A stretch of 64,000 bases of DNA from Escherichia phage vB_EcoM-fFiEco06. Numbering within the stretch: position 1 is the first letter of the stretch; each line of letters begins with the position of its first letter. Shown piece after piece: positions 20,425-31,327 of this stretch. The stretch lies in the sequence record NC_054914.1; one strand, 5' to 3'. The notes under the pieces were generated by a model. That model saw only the letters and a list, made by a program, of their open reading frames with translations, had not been told where the DNA came from and did not search any database. Both the position numbers and the translations under genes were made by a program.

Positions 20425-21884
20425 AAACCAGTTACCTCATGAAAATCACCAAATACATCCTCGAATGTATTAGCTTTAGTTTTATCTTCACGCAAACGAA
20501 TCGCAATCGGAAGAAATAATTTAACGTAATCAGTGCGGCCATCAGATTTTAACCAACCGTTGCATTCGCACTCTAGAATTTTTCCAATATAATAATTTTG
20601 GTTTTCCATAATGCGAGTACGGTCAAGTTCATGCGATTTTACACCGGCTTTATCTTTTAAGCCTGAACCAGCATTTACTTTAATTTTTCCACACTCTGAC
20701 TCAAGAATAAATCCACCTGCTTTAGTAGGGTCTTTACGGTGAGGATAAATTCCTACAATTTTTAAATCAACATCAATTACTTCTTTAAATTTATAGAGAT
20801 TTTTTGAACGAGCATTTTCCCATAATCCATCGATATTTTTGAGAATAATACCTTCAAGACCTTGGTCAATATACTTTTTATAAATTACCTTGGCTTCGTC
20901 TAGGTTATTTACTACCTGGTTTTCAATTAAAATTACTTTATCATAGCCTGATGTCATTTGTTCTAGTTTAGAAAAACGTACATCATATTTCAAACGAAAT
21001 GCAGGAAGACCGTATATTTCTACCAACGGTACATAATCCCAGACCTGAAACTTCATGCATTGTGCTTCTTTTTCAGAAATGGTTCCCTTTAAAGATTTAT
21101 TGGCGATGCCATTAGATGCAGTACGTGATTCAGCTACTTCGGCGAATTCTTTAGCTTTACTGTTTTCAGGATAAGCATCAAAAAGAAAATCTAGGCCTTC
21201 TGGCTCCTTTTCAACTTGCTCATGGTATACCAATTCGCCATCAATTAACACACCTTCTGGATGAATCTGGCGAGCTTCTGCAGTCATTTTGATTAACTCT
21301 TCTTTGAGAAGATCTAATCCTAGATATTCATTACCAGCTCGTGATAAAAGACGAACATCATCTAATTCATCACCTCTGACTTCAGCAAAGCACCGAGCTC
21401 CATCAGCTTTTAATTGGGCAAAGGCTGGAAATTTGATATTCTTGCTAATGCCTTTTTCATCATAAGAACTTGCCAGCATTTGAGGTTGTTCAGGAATTAA
21501 ACCTGGCCAAACTTTGTTTGCAATAGATACTGATGCACCGCATTCAAGGTCTCGCATCATCACCCGACGCAAAACTTCAACATCATCTTTTTTACCGTCA
21601 GCAATATATCCAGTCAATTCCTCAATTGCCGCATTTCCAGTCAATTTCCGAGTAGCTAATGTGAATTCAATGAAGTCAAGCATATCGGTAAGAGTCAACA
21701 TTCCAAAACTCTGGGTAGCAATACCAGGTTTAGGCCATTTCTTGATATAATACTGTAACCCACGAGAATAAGTTAGACGATATACTCGTTTAAGCAATTC
21801 ATTATCTTTATTCTTTTCAAGAATTGCTTGCTTCTGCTTAGTTGAACCAATAGATGCTATTTTGTTCAGAATTTTAAGAATCAT
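20421..21884 (-). CDS. 30: ATP-dependent DNA ligase gp30
   Basis: 487 aa; adenylation motif KADGAR. Confidence 0.93.
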   Translation of the reverse strand: MILKILNKIASIGSTKQKQAILEKNKDNELLKRVYRLTYSRGLQYYIKKWPKPGIATQSFGMLTLTDMLDFIEFTLATRKLTGNAAIEELTGYIADGKKDDVEVLRRVMMRDLECGASVSIANKVWPGLIPEQPQMLASSYDEKGISKNIKFPAFAQLKADGARCFAEVRGDELDDVRLLSRAGNEYLGLDLLKEELIKMTAEARQIHPEGVLIDGELVYHEQVEKEPEGLDFLFDAYPENSKAKEFAEVAESRTASNGIANKSLKGTISEKEAQCMKFQVWDYVPLVEIYGLPAFRLKYDVRFSKLEQMTSGYDKVILIENQVVNNLDEAKVIYKKYIDQGLEGIILKNIDGLWENARSKNLYKFKEVIDVDLKIVGIYPHRKDPTKAGGFILESECGKIKVNAGSGLKDKAGVKSHELDRTRIMENQNYYIGKILECECNGWLKSDGRTDYVKLFLPIAIRLREDKTKANTFEDVFGDFHEVTGL

Positions 21885-22150
21885 TGTTCATCCTTTAGAG
21901 TTTGGTTTACAGCTCTATTATAAATCAATTCATCATTAAGCTCAGTCAAAGACTTGTGGTACGTGGTTCTAACTTTATTTCCTTGCATCCAGTGCTTGAC
22001 GTAAATGAAACCTTGCTCTACACATTTTTTAAAAATTCGTTCGTCTTTTTGAGCTCGGAATTCTGGATTGCATCTAAAAAATTGATTTACGTGACCGTAA
22101 TCACGTGTAGTATTACCTTCATTTTCATAAATAGTGTGAACGACAAACAT
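21881..22150 (-). CDS. Hypothetical protein (30.1-like)
   Basis: 89-aa ORF, overlaps neighbouring genes. Confidence 0.55.
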   Translation of the reverse strand: MFVVHTIYENEGNTTRDYGHVNQFFRCNPEFRAQKDERIFKKCVEQGFIYVKHWMQGNKVRTTYHKSLTELNDELIYNRAVNQTLKDEQ

Positions 22151-22986
22151 TAGAATGCTCCTTGAAAAATATTATCACCACTAGTAGGTCTATTATACAA
22201 ATACTCTATGCCACCGGGTTTAATATAGTTCCATGTCTGAAACGGATGCGTCTGATATGGATGATATAGATTATAAGGATTAAATCCAGGAGTTCTCCAG
22301 GTAGTGTTCCAAGGAAAAGAATCGTTTTTAATCATCTTTTCAATTACATCTTTTATAGCTTTTTCACTATCAAAACTTTCTTTATTTTCATTCGATGGAA
22401 AAAGCTTATTCTCTACATCATTCCATGTATAAACTCGCTGTGCAGTTTTTGGAATACTGTCACGCTCCCCTCGAGCCATCCAATAAACAGGAACATTTAA
22501 TATTTCACTCGCATGATCGCAGTGGTGAGCGAGATCGTCAATATAACAAATTACGTTATATTTCTCTTTTGCCTTTTTGAACAACTCTTCTTTTGAAGAA
22601 TCATGACCACACATCAATACTTCTGAGAAGGCACCAGGAAAAAGAGCATTCAAATTAAATTGACGATTCAGCAGAGCGTCAATAGAATCACCCAGTGCTG
22701 TAACAGCTACAAAATTATAATCTTCTTTTAATTTGTTAATTACACACAGGGCATCTTTATATGGAGACAAATAGCGAATAAAATCTGAACGATTATACTT
22801 TTCGATTAATTTAACACCAAGTTCTTCATCGCAATTAAAGAGCTTACCAGGAGAAATAAATTTTTCGTCCTGAATCATTTTTAAAATATGTTCCAACGGA
22901 AGATTATATTTTTGGGCAAAATAAGGAAGGCCCGATTGCCAGCTTAAACACACCCCGTCAATATCAGTCAAAATAGTAGGCTTCAT
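22150..22986 (-). CDS. HAD-superfamily hydrolase-like protein (30.2-like)
   Basis: 278 aa; N-terminal DIDGV (HAD motif I) and later DD motif (YIDDL). Confidence 0.65.
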   Translation of the reverse strand: MKPTILTDIDGVCLSWQSGLPYFAQKYNLPLEHILKMIQDEKFISPGKLFNCDEELGVKLIEKYNRSDFIRYLSPYKDALCVINKLKEDYNFVAVTALGDSIDALLNRQFNLNALFPGAFSEVLMCGHDSSKEELFKKAKEKYNVICYIDDLAHHCDHASEILNVPVYWMARGERDSIPKTAQRVYTWNDVENKLFPSNENKESFDSEKAIKDVIEKMIKNDSFPWNTTWRTPGFNPYNLYHPYQTHPFQTWNYIKPGGIEYLYNRPTSGDNIFQGAF

Positions 22987-23447
22987 AGAGAGTCTCTTAA
23001 TAGGTTTAACACATCAATAAATTCAGCTTCGGTTAGTATTGTATCATCTTTTGTTAGACCACTAGCCATGCTATGCTTCAAAATTTTTCCTTTAGAGGCT
23101 TGTAAGGCATCACGAAACCCCTTGTTTTGAATCGCTGCTTCAAAATATGCATTTGTATACAACTCTTTCCATGCTGCAGAGTATCTTGAAAAGGGAATTC
23201 CAAGCCAGAAAAGCGTCCCACGGTCCGCAGCTCTTGCATAAGCTCTTCCACTTTGCTGGGCGGCCAAGCCGGAGAGCCCAAATATACGTTTTTGTTGTTC
23301 AACATTTTTCACCTTGCATCCTTGGAGGAATCCTTCAAGACCTCCGAATTGAATACCATCCATGACGAAAGGCCATTGGGCGAAATTACTTAATGCACAC
23401 GATGGCCATCTAAAATTGCTTCTAATCTCTAACTCAGACATTTTCAA
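22983..23447 (-). CDS. NADAR/YbiA-like domain protein (30.3-like)
   Basis: 154 aa; LSNFAQWPFVMDG…EGFLQGCK resembles the conserved SNFAxWP…EHYFQ core of YbiA/NADAR. Confidence 0.6.
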   Translation of the reverse strand: MKMSELEIRSNFRWPSCALSNFAQWPFVMDGIQFGGLEGFLQGCKVKNVEQQKRIFGLSGLAAQQSGRAYARAADRGTLFWLGIPFSRYSAAWKELYTNAYFEAAIQNKGFRDALQASKGKILKHSMASGLTKDDTILTEAEFIDVLNLLRDSL

Positions 23448-23640
23448 TACTTATAATTTCAACATCAGCCCAATGACCATAGCAAGGAAGACGAAATTCA
23501 ACTGGCCAGTTAGGGTCCTTTTCTAATATAATAGACTTAACTTGTGGTTCTTCATGTTCATCAGTATACGGATTTTTATCTGTTACTTTATATGTGACCT
23601 TAATGTACTGAATTCCAAAAATCTTATTAATTATATTCAT
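23434..23640 (-). CDS. Hypothetical protein
   Basis: 68-aa ORF. Confidence 0.45.
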   Translation of the reverse strand: MNIINKIFGIQYIKVTYKVTDKNPYTDEHEEPQVKSIILEKDPNWPVEFRLPCYGHWADVEIISIENV

Positions 23641-23834
23641 ACTAATTCCTTTAATCCGTAAATAGGAGACAATTCATCACCCATACGAAGGTCTTCATTT
23701 CCATCTACCCAGGAAACAATATAAGCCTCTTTTATTTGAATACCACTCCATTTAAATGGAGGTAGAACCTTAGAAATTAATCCAGGTATACCAACTCCCT
23801 TTAATTCAACAGTTTGACCTAAAAAGAATTTCAT
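23637..23834 (-). CDS. Hypothetical protein
   Basis: 65-aa ORF. Confidence 0.45.
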   Translation of the reverse strand: MKFFLGQTVELKGVGIPGLISKVLPPFKWSGIQIKEAYIVSWVDGNEDLRMGDELSPIYGLKELV

Positions 23835-24121
23835 TAGAACCTCATCTGAAAGCCATGCGATTTAACATTACCGCCGCCAATATCAGAAATATTAATTTCA
23901 CGCGCAATTGAAGGGTCAATGTCAATTTCACGATTGAGTTTAGTGATAGCTAAAGTATCGCGCCCATTTACTGTACGGAACTCTAGAGGACAAACCACAT
24001 TAACGTAGTTTTTAATCGATTCACTGGTAGGTTGCAAATGAGCAGGAAGATCTTTAGGCGCCTTAGAGAAAACTACTTCGCAGAAGTTTTTACGAGTATC
24101 AAAATAAGTAGTCATAAACAT
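23834..24121 (-). CDS. Hypothetical protein
   Basis: 95-aa ORF. Confidence 0.5.
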   Translation of the reverse strand: MFMTTYFDTRKNFCEVVFSKAPKDLPAHLQPTSESIKNYVNVVCPLEFRTVNGRDTLAITKLNREIDIDPSIAREINISDIGGGNVKSHGFQMRF

Positions 24122-24162
24122 AGTATTTTCCTCAGTAAGGGGCCGAAGCCCCTCATTTTATT

Positions 24163-24540
24163 TTAAATATCAAATTCGTTAAGAACTACATCAAAGATTG
24201 CTTCAAGATGCTCAGGTTTAGCTCTGTTACTCAGAATATGACGAATCCAAGTTTTAACCAAAAGCTTGCGATTAGCGCCATTCCAGCAAGGATGAGTCCC
24301 TAAATCGCGTTGACGGAAATCATCATCCAGAGCGATTTTAAAGTTGGAACCTTCCATTGTGATTGAAACCGTGATACCGTTTTCAAATCGCATATAAACG
24401 TAATTAGGAGTCATATACTGTTCAATTTCGCATACTGAACCATTTTGATGTTTCCAAAGGCAGATGGTATCAATAGAACCTGTAATACCATTAGAAACAT
24501 ATTTACGTTCAAAGTTAATGTAGTTCATTTTATTCTCCAA
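24163..24540 (-). CDS. Hypothetical protein
   Basis: 125-aa ORF preceded by an early-type promoter. Confidence 0.55.
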   Translation of the reverse strand: MENKMNYINFERKYVSNGITGSIDTICLWKHQNGSVCEIEQYMTPNYVYMRFENGITVSITMEGSNFKIALDDDFRQRDLGTHPCWNGANRKLLVKTWIRHILSNRAKPEHLEAIFDVVLNEFDI

Positions 24541-24597
24541 GATGTTTAATTGCGGTACAGGTATATAATATCATGTCCTGTACCAAAGTAAACTATT

Positions 24598-24966
24598 TTA
24601 TGCAACTTTAATCCAATTATCTAAATTTAATTCACCTTTGGCTTTCATTTTTTCAATCAAGAGGTCAGCGGTAATACGACCATTTTGATACCACGTAACA
24701 TCTTCAGAGTAACCAGTTTCTTTATCTTCATAAGTCTCACAGCGAATTTTACCAAGAATCAAAGTTTTTAATTCGTATGTATCTCCAGTAAAAAAGTTAG
24801 TTAACATTATTTTCCAAGAGAAATCATCAGAAGGACCTTCAGGAGTCATACAATCTACAAATTCAAATTGTTCTTTATATAAATGCCACTGAAGTTCTTT
24901 AGTTTCGATAGCTTTATAGCCGTCGTGATCTTTACCTTTGATGTATGAGTTAAGATTGATTTTCAT
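24598..24966 (-). CDS. Hypothetical protein
   Basis: 122-aa ORF. Confidence 0.55.
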   Translation of the reverse strand: MKINLNSYIKGKDHDGYKAIETKELQWHLYKEQFEFVDCMTPEGPSDDFSWKIMLTNFFTGDTYELKTLILGKIRCETYEDKETGYSEDVTWYQNGRITADLLIEKMKAKGELNLDNWIKVA

Positions 24967-25053
24967 TTTATTCTCCTTTGTTTGTGTAAGATAATACTAT
25001 CACAAAGGAACCATACTGTAAACAACTTTGTGCAATCTTTGGAAAATAAAAAA

Positions 25054-25071
25054 GGACTCCCGAAGGAGTCC
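25054..25071 (-). terminator. Intrinsic terminator (ggactcc-ttcg-ggagtcc + T-run on minus strand)
   Basis: Perfect 7-bp stem followed by TTTTTTATTTT on the minus strand, right after the stop of the 25077..25295 ORF. Confidence 0.6.
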
Positions 25072-25076
25072 TCAAC

Positions 25077-25295
25077 TTATGCTTTCTGCTTACCAAAACG
25101 AGAAGCATCATCTCGAAGAACCGCACGTGCTCGGCGCATGATCTTCTCAACAGTTTGATTGATACGAGAGTTCGACCCACGCTTGTAGCCAGCGCGTTTA
25201 GAATCACCAACTTTCTTTTCAACTGCTTTCTTTGCTTTAACTTGTTTTGCCATTATAAATTCTCTTTTAAATGAAAATGCAGGACTTATTGACAT
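25077..25295 (-). CDS. Small basic protein (30.9-like); probable start at the internal Met (25253)
   Basis: Lys/Arg-rich ORF; preferred over the overlapping 24968..25222 ORF. Confidence 0.5.
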   Translation of the reverse strand: MSISPAFSFKREFIMAKQVKAKKAVEKKVGDSKRAGYKRGSNSRINQTVEKIMRRARAVLRDDASRFGKQKA

Positions 25296-25498
25296 TGCCT
25301 GCGCAAGCCCTCAAGGGGAACATAGGTTTTTGGATATTTAACGACCAGGATAACCATAAACCCGTCATCATTCACATTCAAGAGGTACACCGTAAAACTG
25401 CCGGGGTCTTAAAACTATAATGATTCGCAAATCATTAATCAGACAGTTCGACGGCTCCTCGATTTTAGCTCACACTAAGGCAGTGAATCTCCAATAAA

Positions 25499-25747
25499 TT
25501 ACTTCAATGTTACCACAAAGTGACGAACTGCTTTTCGTGCAGCAGAAGCCAGAGGCTTAGCATATTTAAGTTCATCTTTTTCCTGAAGCTCAGCAGCTAA
25601 TGCAGTTTGAGCAGGATTCAGATGTTTGAAATAACGCAGGATTTCAAGAGCTTCGGCTTCAACATCAATAGATGCGCCATAGTTTTCGTGACCATTATTC
25701 CATGCGTTTCGTTGCAGTTCAAGAGCGTGTTGTAATTGTTTAATCAT
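25499..25747 (-). CDS. rIII: rIII lysis inhibition accessory protein
   Basis: 82 aa; position upstream of gene 31 region as in T4. Confidence 0.85.
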   Translation of the reverse strand: MIKQLQHALELQRNAWNNGHENYGASIDVEAEALEILRYFKHLNPAQTALAAELQEKDELKYAKPLASAARKAVRHFVVTLK

Positions 25748-25886
25748 TTAAAAATTCTCGTTAGAGATTAAAACTCGGTAGTCACGTTCTTCTGAATTTC
25801 ATCTTCTTTCGACAGATCTCTCAGTTGTAGACTACCACATAGAATTGTTCGGTTAACTTATTATTCCGACACCCAATTCATATTAT

Positions 25887-25894
25887 TATTTATA
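25887..25894 (-). promoter_or_regulatory. Candidate late promoter (minus-strand TATAAATA) upstream of rIII
   Basis: Plus-strand tatttata directly after the gene 31 stop. Confidence 0.4.
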
Positions 25895-26230
25895 TCACTT
25901 ATAAAGACACGGAATAGCTTTATAGTGACAAGTAACGAATTTTTGTTTAATTTCTTTTGGCTGCTTAAGACCCAGAGCTACAAAAGGATGCGGAACATTT
26001 CGAATTTGACCAACTGGAAGAGAAGTCAAATCACCAACTTCGCAGAAACCTTCAGGAACATCAGGACCAACAGAGTGAACTACACACAGTTCAGGAACTT
26101 CACCTTGGACACGTTTACCAATAATAAGTCCTGATTCTGTAACTTCTTCATCACCGGCTTGTGCAGGTTCAGAAACTAAAATAACATATTCACCGACAGC
26201 ACGAATTGGTAGCTGTTGTACTTCAGACAT
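25895..26230 (-). CDS. 31: Co-chaperonin gp31 (GroES-like)
   Basis: 111 aa; synteny and size. Confidence 0.9.
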
Positions 26231-26286
26231 CGTTTTTCCTTTTTGTTAACAGATGAATTAATAATAACAAATAGTTCTTAAAGCAT

Positions 26287-26595
26287 TTATTTACCAATAA
26301 ATTGAAGCAAATGCTCAACTTTCATACCATTAACGGAAATCAATTTGTCAATAGAAAAACCTCGCCACGCACCAAGCTCAACATCAAATACTGGAATCAT
26401 GTCAGTAGATTCTTTCCGAGTAGATTCAGTCAATTTGCCAGTTTGCATGGTTGGCATAAAGTCCGCGTCGCGAGTACCTTTCATAACACGAATAGTACCG
26501 TCAGACTTTTCAAAAACTACGTTTGAAACACCCATGGACAATTTAGTTTTCAAAATTTCACGAATTGCTACTTTTTGTTCAGTCGTCAGTTTCAT
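26287..26595 (-). CDS. Hypothetical protein (31.1-like)
   Basis: 102-aa ORF. Confidence 0.55.
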   Translation of the reverse strand: MKLTTEQKVAIREILKTKLSMGVSNVVFEKSDGTIRVMKGTRDADFMPTMQTGKLTESTRKESTDMIPVFDVELGAWRGFSIDKLISVNGMKVEHLLQFIGK

Positions 26596-26832
26596 TTATT
26601 TACCTATTACAGTTTTAATATGAGTTGTTCCACGTTCTTTAAGAGTGGAAAGTAATTTTTGGCATTTTTCTAAATCAGATTTCCAACTATATGGTCTATC
26701 AATACAAACCCATTCTGACTTATAATACTGCTTCCATTTAGAGAAAAAATATTTCTTATACTCTACAGCAAATGAAATATTCTCATTAGAATAAGAACTA
26801 ATTGCTGTGAGCTGTACCAAACGAAATTTCAT
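26596..26832 (-). CDS. Hypothetical protein (31.2-like)
   Basis: 78-aa ORF. Confidence 0.5.
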   Translation of the reverse strand: MKFRLVQLTAISSYSNENISFAVEYKKYFFSKWKQYYKSEWVCIDRPYSWKSDLEKCQKLLSTLKERGTTHIKTVIGK

Positions 26833-27413
26833 TATTCACCACAGAATTCGTTGATATTTTCCCAGTTTAACTTATTCAAGTTTTTCTTAGGAACATTAAA
26901 CACTTCAATACCTGCATTTCGCAGAATATCATCCCAGCCAGGTTTATTTTTATCGTATGTTTCACAATAAACCAGCTTTTTAATTCCAGATTGAGCTATT
27001 GCTTTTGCACAATCTGGGCAAGGAGAAAGTGTTACATACATAGTAGCACCTTCAATTGAAGAACCGTTTCGTGCAGCAAACAAAATCGCATTTAGTTCAG
27101 CATGAATTTCATTTTTAGACGACCATTCAGAGTGCGCGCTACGATGTTCTTTCGCCAATACAAAACGATCAGTTGAACCAAACGATACACATTCAGGCTT
27201 ATGACCTTGAATGATAGTATGTTTAGGTTTATTCAGCAACCAACCTTGCTCAGCAGCATAATCACAACAGTTCACACCACCTGCAGGTGAACCATTATAT
27301 CCAGTAGAAATAATACGTCCATTCTTTTCAATTACTGCTCCTACTTTCCAGGAGCAACATTTTGATTCTTGTGATACTAAATATGCAATTTGAAGTACTG
27401 TACTCGCTTTCAT
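26832..27413 (-). CDS. cd: dCMP deaminase
   Basis: 193 aa; zinc-binding HAELNAI and PCPDC motifs. Confidence 0.92.
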   Translation of the reverse strand: MKASTVLQIAYLVSQESKCCSWKVGAVIEKNGRIISTGYNGSPAGGVNCCDYAAEQGWLLNKPKHTIIQGHKPECVSFGSTDRFVLAKEHRSAHSEWSSKNEIHAELNAILFAARNGSSIEGATMYVTLSPCPDCAKAIAQSGIKKLVYCETYDKNKPGWDDILRNAGIEVFNVPKKNLNKLNWENINEFCGE

Positions 27414-27748
27414 TTCATAATCACCAGATAAGCAGATTTAGCAGTTTCAACACGATAAATTTCGTGACGAAGTTTAGTTATACTTTTAATAACAGAACTA
27501 ATTATATTCTGCCCATCTTTAAAGCGGTTTTTCTTATCAATAAAAATTGCGCCAACCATCTTTTTGTGAAGCTCAACCGGATACTTCGTCACAATAATAG
27601 CATCATACACAGAAGGATGAATACTATTCACCAAAGTATCATTCATTAAAGTTATTCTAATGAACTTTGCTGTTTCAGAGTCAAGCGCTCTATGATCGCC
27701 AGTATCATTTTCAAGACAATTATCAATTATATCAGTTAAATTCATCAT
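27410..27748 (-). CDS. Hypothetical protein
   Basis: 112-aa ORF. Confidence 0.5.
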   Translation of the reverse strand: MMNLTDIIDNCLENDTGDHRALDSETAKFIRITLMNDTLVNSIHPSVYDAIIVTKYPVELHKKMVGAIFIDKKNRFKDGQNIISSVIKSITKLRHEIYRVETAKSAYLVIMK

Positions 27749-27981
27749 AGTACGCCATACACCCTTTGTGCTTCAACTAATCCATCAAAATCCAATTTGA
27801 GATGTGTTATTTGGTCACCATCACCTGGATTCACAATTACTAATACTGAACGAGGAGTTTCGGTAATAACACGAACCGATGTTTCGGGAAATCGTTCAGA
27901 AACCTTATTTACTAATTCCTGCGCAAATAGTTTAACTTTTTCTTGGAATTCTTTAACAGTAATTGGTTTTTCACTTAGCAT
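27745..27981 (-). CDS. Hypothetical protein
   Basis: 78-aa ORF. Confidence 0.5.
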   Translation of the reverse strand: MLSEKPITVKEFQEKVKLFAQELVNKVSERFPETSVRVITETPRSVLVIVNPGDGDQITHLKLDFDGLVEAQRVYGVL

Positions 27982-28502
27982 GTTGATCCCAGCTCCTTAC
28001 TTTCAACGTTTTTAACTAATTTGACAGAAACTAATTCAGCATCTTGGGTAATCATTACCGGGCCTTCTTCATGCTCTTCAAGATATTCTAGAGCTTTCTT
28101 TTTAGCTTCTTCCTTCGTATCAGTTTGAGCATAGATATAGAACATACAACCAGTAATACCTACTACTTTCCACTTAATTTCTTTATCAGTTTTAATTTCA
28201 AATTTACTTACAGAATCATCTTTTTGAACTTCTTCGAAAAAAGAATATTCTAACATATAAGCAATTGAAAATAACGGGCTAACTTTATAGGATTCACCCA
28301 TTACATCAACAGCTTTATACCAACAATCATCAATTTCGCGTTTAATGCTAATAACATTTTTCGCAGGATCTATTTTTACTTTAAATGAATTTTCCCCAAT
28401 AAACTGGGCAATTCGTTTATTAGCCCCGCAAGTTTCATTAAAAATATCTTTATACCCAGTTTTAAAGCGATAAACCTTATCTTCTTCAAACCATTCGCTC
28501 AT
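27975..28502 (-). CDS. Hypothetical protein
   Basis: 175-aa ORF. Confidence 0.55.
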   Translation of the reverse strand: MSEWFEEDKVYRFKTGYKDIFNETCGANKRIAQFIGENSFKVKIDPAKNVISIKREIDDCWYKAVDVMGESYKVSPLFSIAYMLEYSFFEEVQKDDSVSKFEIKTDKEIKWKVVGITGCMFYIYAQTDTKEEAKKKALEYLEEHEEGPVMITQDAELVSVKLVKNVESKELGSTC

Positions 28503-28563
28503 TTCAATTTCCTCGTTTGTTTTGGTAGAGCTATAATATCACAACTCTACCGTAAAGTAAACT

Positions 28564-28869
28564 TTAAATTGCTTTGAATTCTGATGTCTGTGATTTAAAG
28601 CGAATATCGCCTTTGATGACTAGCTCAGCATCAAGACCGAATACGACAATGATATGCGCGGAACCTGGATACAACGTGATGGCAACAGAATCCACCTGGT
28701 CTGGAAGCAAAGTGTTCAATACATGAGTCACTTGAGCATGGATTCGAAGCTCAGCTGCGTTATCAAGTTTTTCAAACATATTATTAGCGATAATTTGGCT
28801 AAACACTACTTCTACGATTTTAGAGTAAGTCGGAAACATATTTACCTCACATAATTTTCTTCGAGCCAA
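28564..28869 (-). CDS. Hypothetical protein
   Basis: 101-aa ORF. Confidence 0.5.
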   Translation of the reverse strand: MARRKLCEVNMFPTYSKIVEVVFSQIIANNMFEKLDNAAELRIHAQVTHVLNTLLPDQVDSVAITLYPGSAHIIVVFGLDAELVIKGDIRFKSQTSEFKAI

Positions 28870-29034
28870 TCAATAACATCCAAAGCGTTATCAAAAGTTG
28901 CGCCATCTACTTTGTCTTCTGTTTCATAATCAAGAACATCTAGGCCTACTCTTCCGTCAACAATAGGCCATAGACAAAATAGATATTTCTTTTCTTTTTC
29001 AATTTTATCACAAAGACGATAAATCTTTTCTAGG

Positions 29035-29042
<8 letters not shown>
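28842..29042 (-). CDS. Hypothetical protein
   Basis: 66-aa ORF. Confidence 0.45.
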
Positions 29043-30450
<1,408 letters not shown>

Positions 30451-30454
<4 letters not shown>

Positions 30455-30681
30455 TTATTTTTCTCAACCAATGATTGAATATAATCATGCAGGTCTTTAG
30501 ATGCTTTGCCCCACTTATTTTGGTATTCATTTTTAAGATTAGCACGTGATTGAGCTAATAAAACATCATTAGTTGGAGGTAAAGATTCTAATCGCTGAAT
30601 CTGGCGTCCATAAATCATTGCAGCCATCTCGGATTCATAAATCAATCCTTTGAGATGTTCAAATTGATGCCATGAAATCAT
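30451..30681 (-). CDS. Hypothetical protein
   Basis: 76-aa ORF. Confidence 0.5.
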
Positions 30682-30977
30682 TTACATTTATCCTCTTTTA
30701 ACTCTTGACGATAATAACATATCATAGTTTTCTGGTCGTGTACATATCGTTTTACATCATTAAGCCAAATACGAAATTCCTGAGAATCTTCAAATGGCAT
30801 ACCGACCCAAGCTTTACCATCAATAACTTTAACTTGCCAAGATAATTTAGCTTCGTCATATGACTTTATTTGTACAGGCCAATTAGGATGAACTGTTTCT
30901 TTCTTTACTTCTAGAGGCTTTGTCGAACAACCAACTAGAAGACCAATAGATAATATTACTGCTGATAGTTTAATCAT
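30678..30977 (-). CDS. Outer-membrane spanin-like lipoprotein (o-spanin candidate)
   Basis: Signal peptide with lipobox LVGC; about 99 aa; overlaps the preceding i-spanin-like gene. Confidence 0.65.
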   Translation of the reverse strand: MIKLSAVILSIGLLVGCSTKPLEVKKETVHPNWPVQIKSYDEAKLSWQVKVIDGKAWVGMPFEDSQEFRIWLNDVKRYVHDQKTMICYYRQELKEDKCK

Positions 30978-31327
30978 TTAGAAAGGTCCTGGATGTCTTC
31001 TGCGAACTTGTTGAAGGAGTTGTTGATTTGTTTTTCAACCAATCCTGGCTTACGAGCCACCACATCCGCCTTCTTTGCATCTTTGCGCAGTTTTTCATTT
31101 TCACGCTCAATAGCAGCAATCGCCTCACGATTTTTATTATTCATCGCATCAATATAATTATACTGAATTCGCAAATTATTTAATGCTAAGGCGTTTTCAT
31201 TGGCCGTTTTTGTAATTTCTACAACAGACGTTTCTAATCTTTCAATTTTATTTTTTAAAATTAAAGAAGTTCCGCCTAATGCAATTACAATTAATAGCAA
31301 ACCTGCTGTCGTATTACTTAATTGCAT
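30974..31327 (-). CDS. Inner-membrane spanin-like protein (i-spanin candidate)
   Basis: N-terminal transmembrane helix followed by a coiled-coil-like region; 117 aa. Confidence 0.65.
   Translation of the reverse strand: MQLSNTTAGLLLIVIALGGTSLILKNKIERLETSVVEITKTANENALALNNLRIQYNYIDAMNNKNREAIAAIERENEKLRKDAKKADVVARKPGLVEKQINNSFNKFAEDIQDLSK

Noticed and set aside
24968-25222. 84-aa ORF overlapping the 30.9-like gene
   Set aside because: Overlaps a more plausible Lys/Arg-rich ORF in another frame and reads through the strong terminator hairpin; judged spurious.
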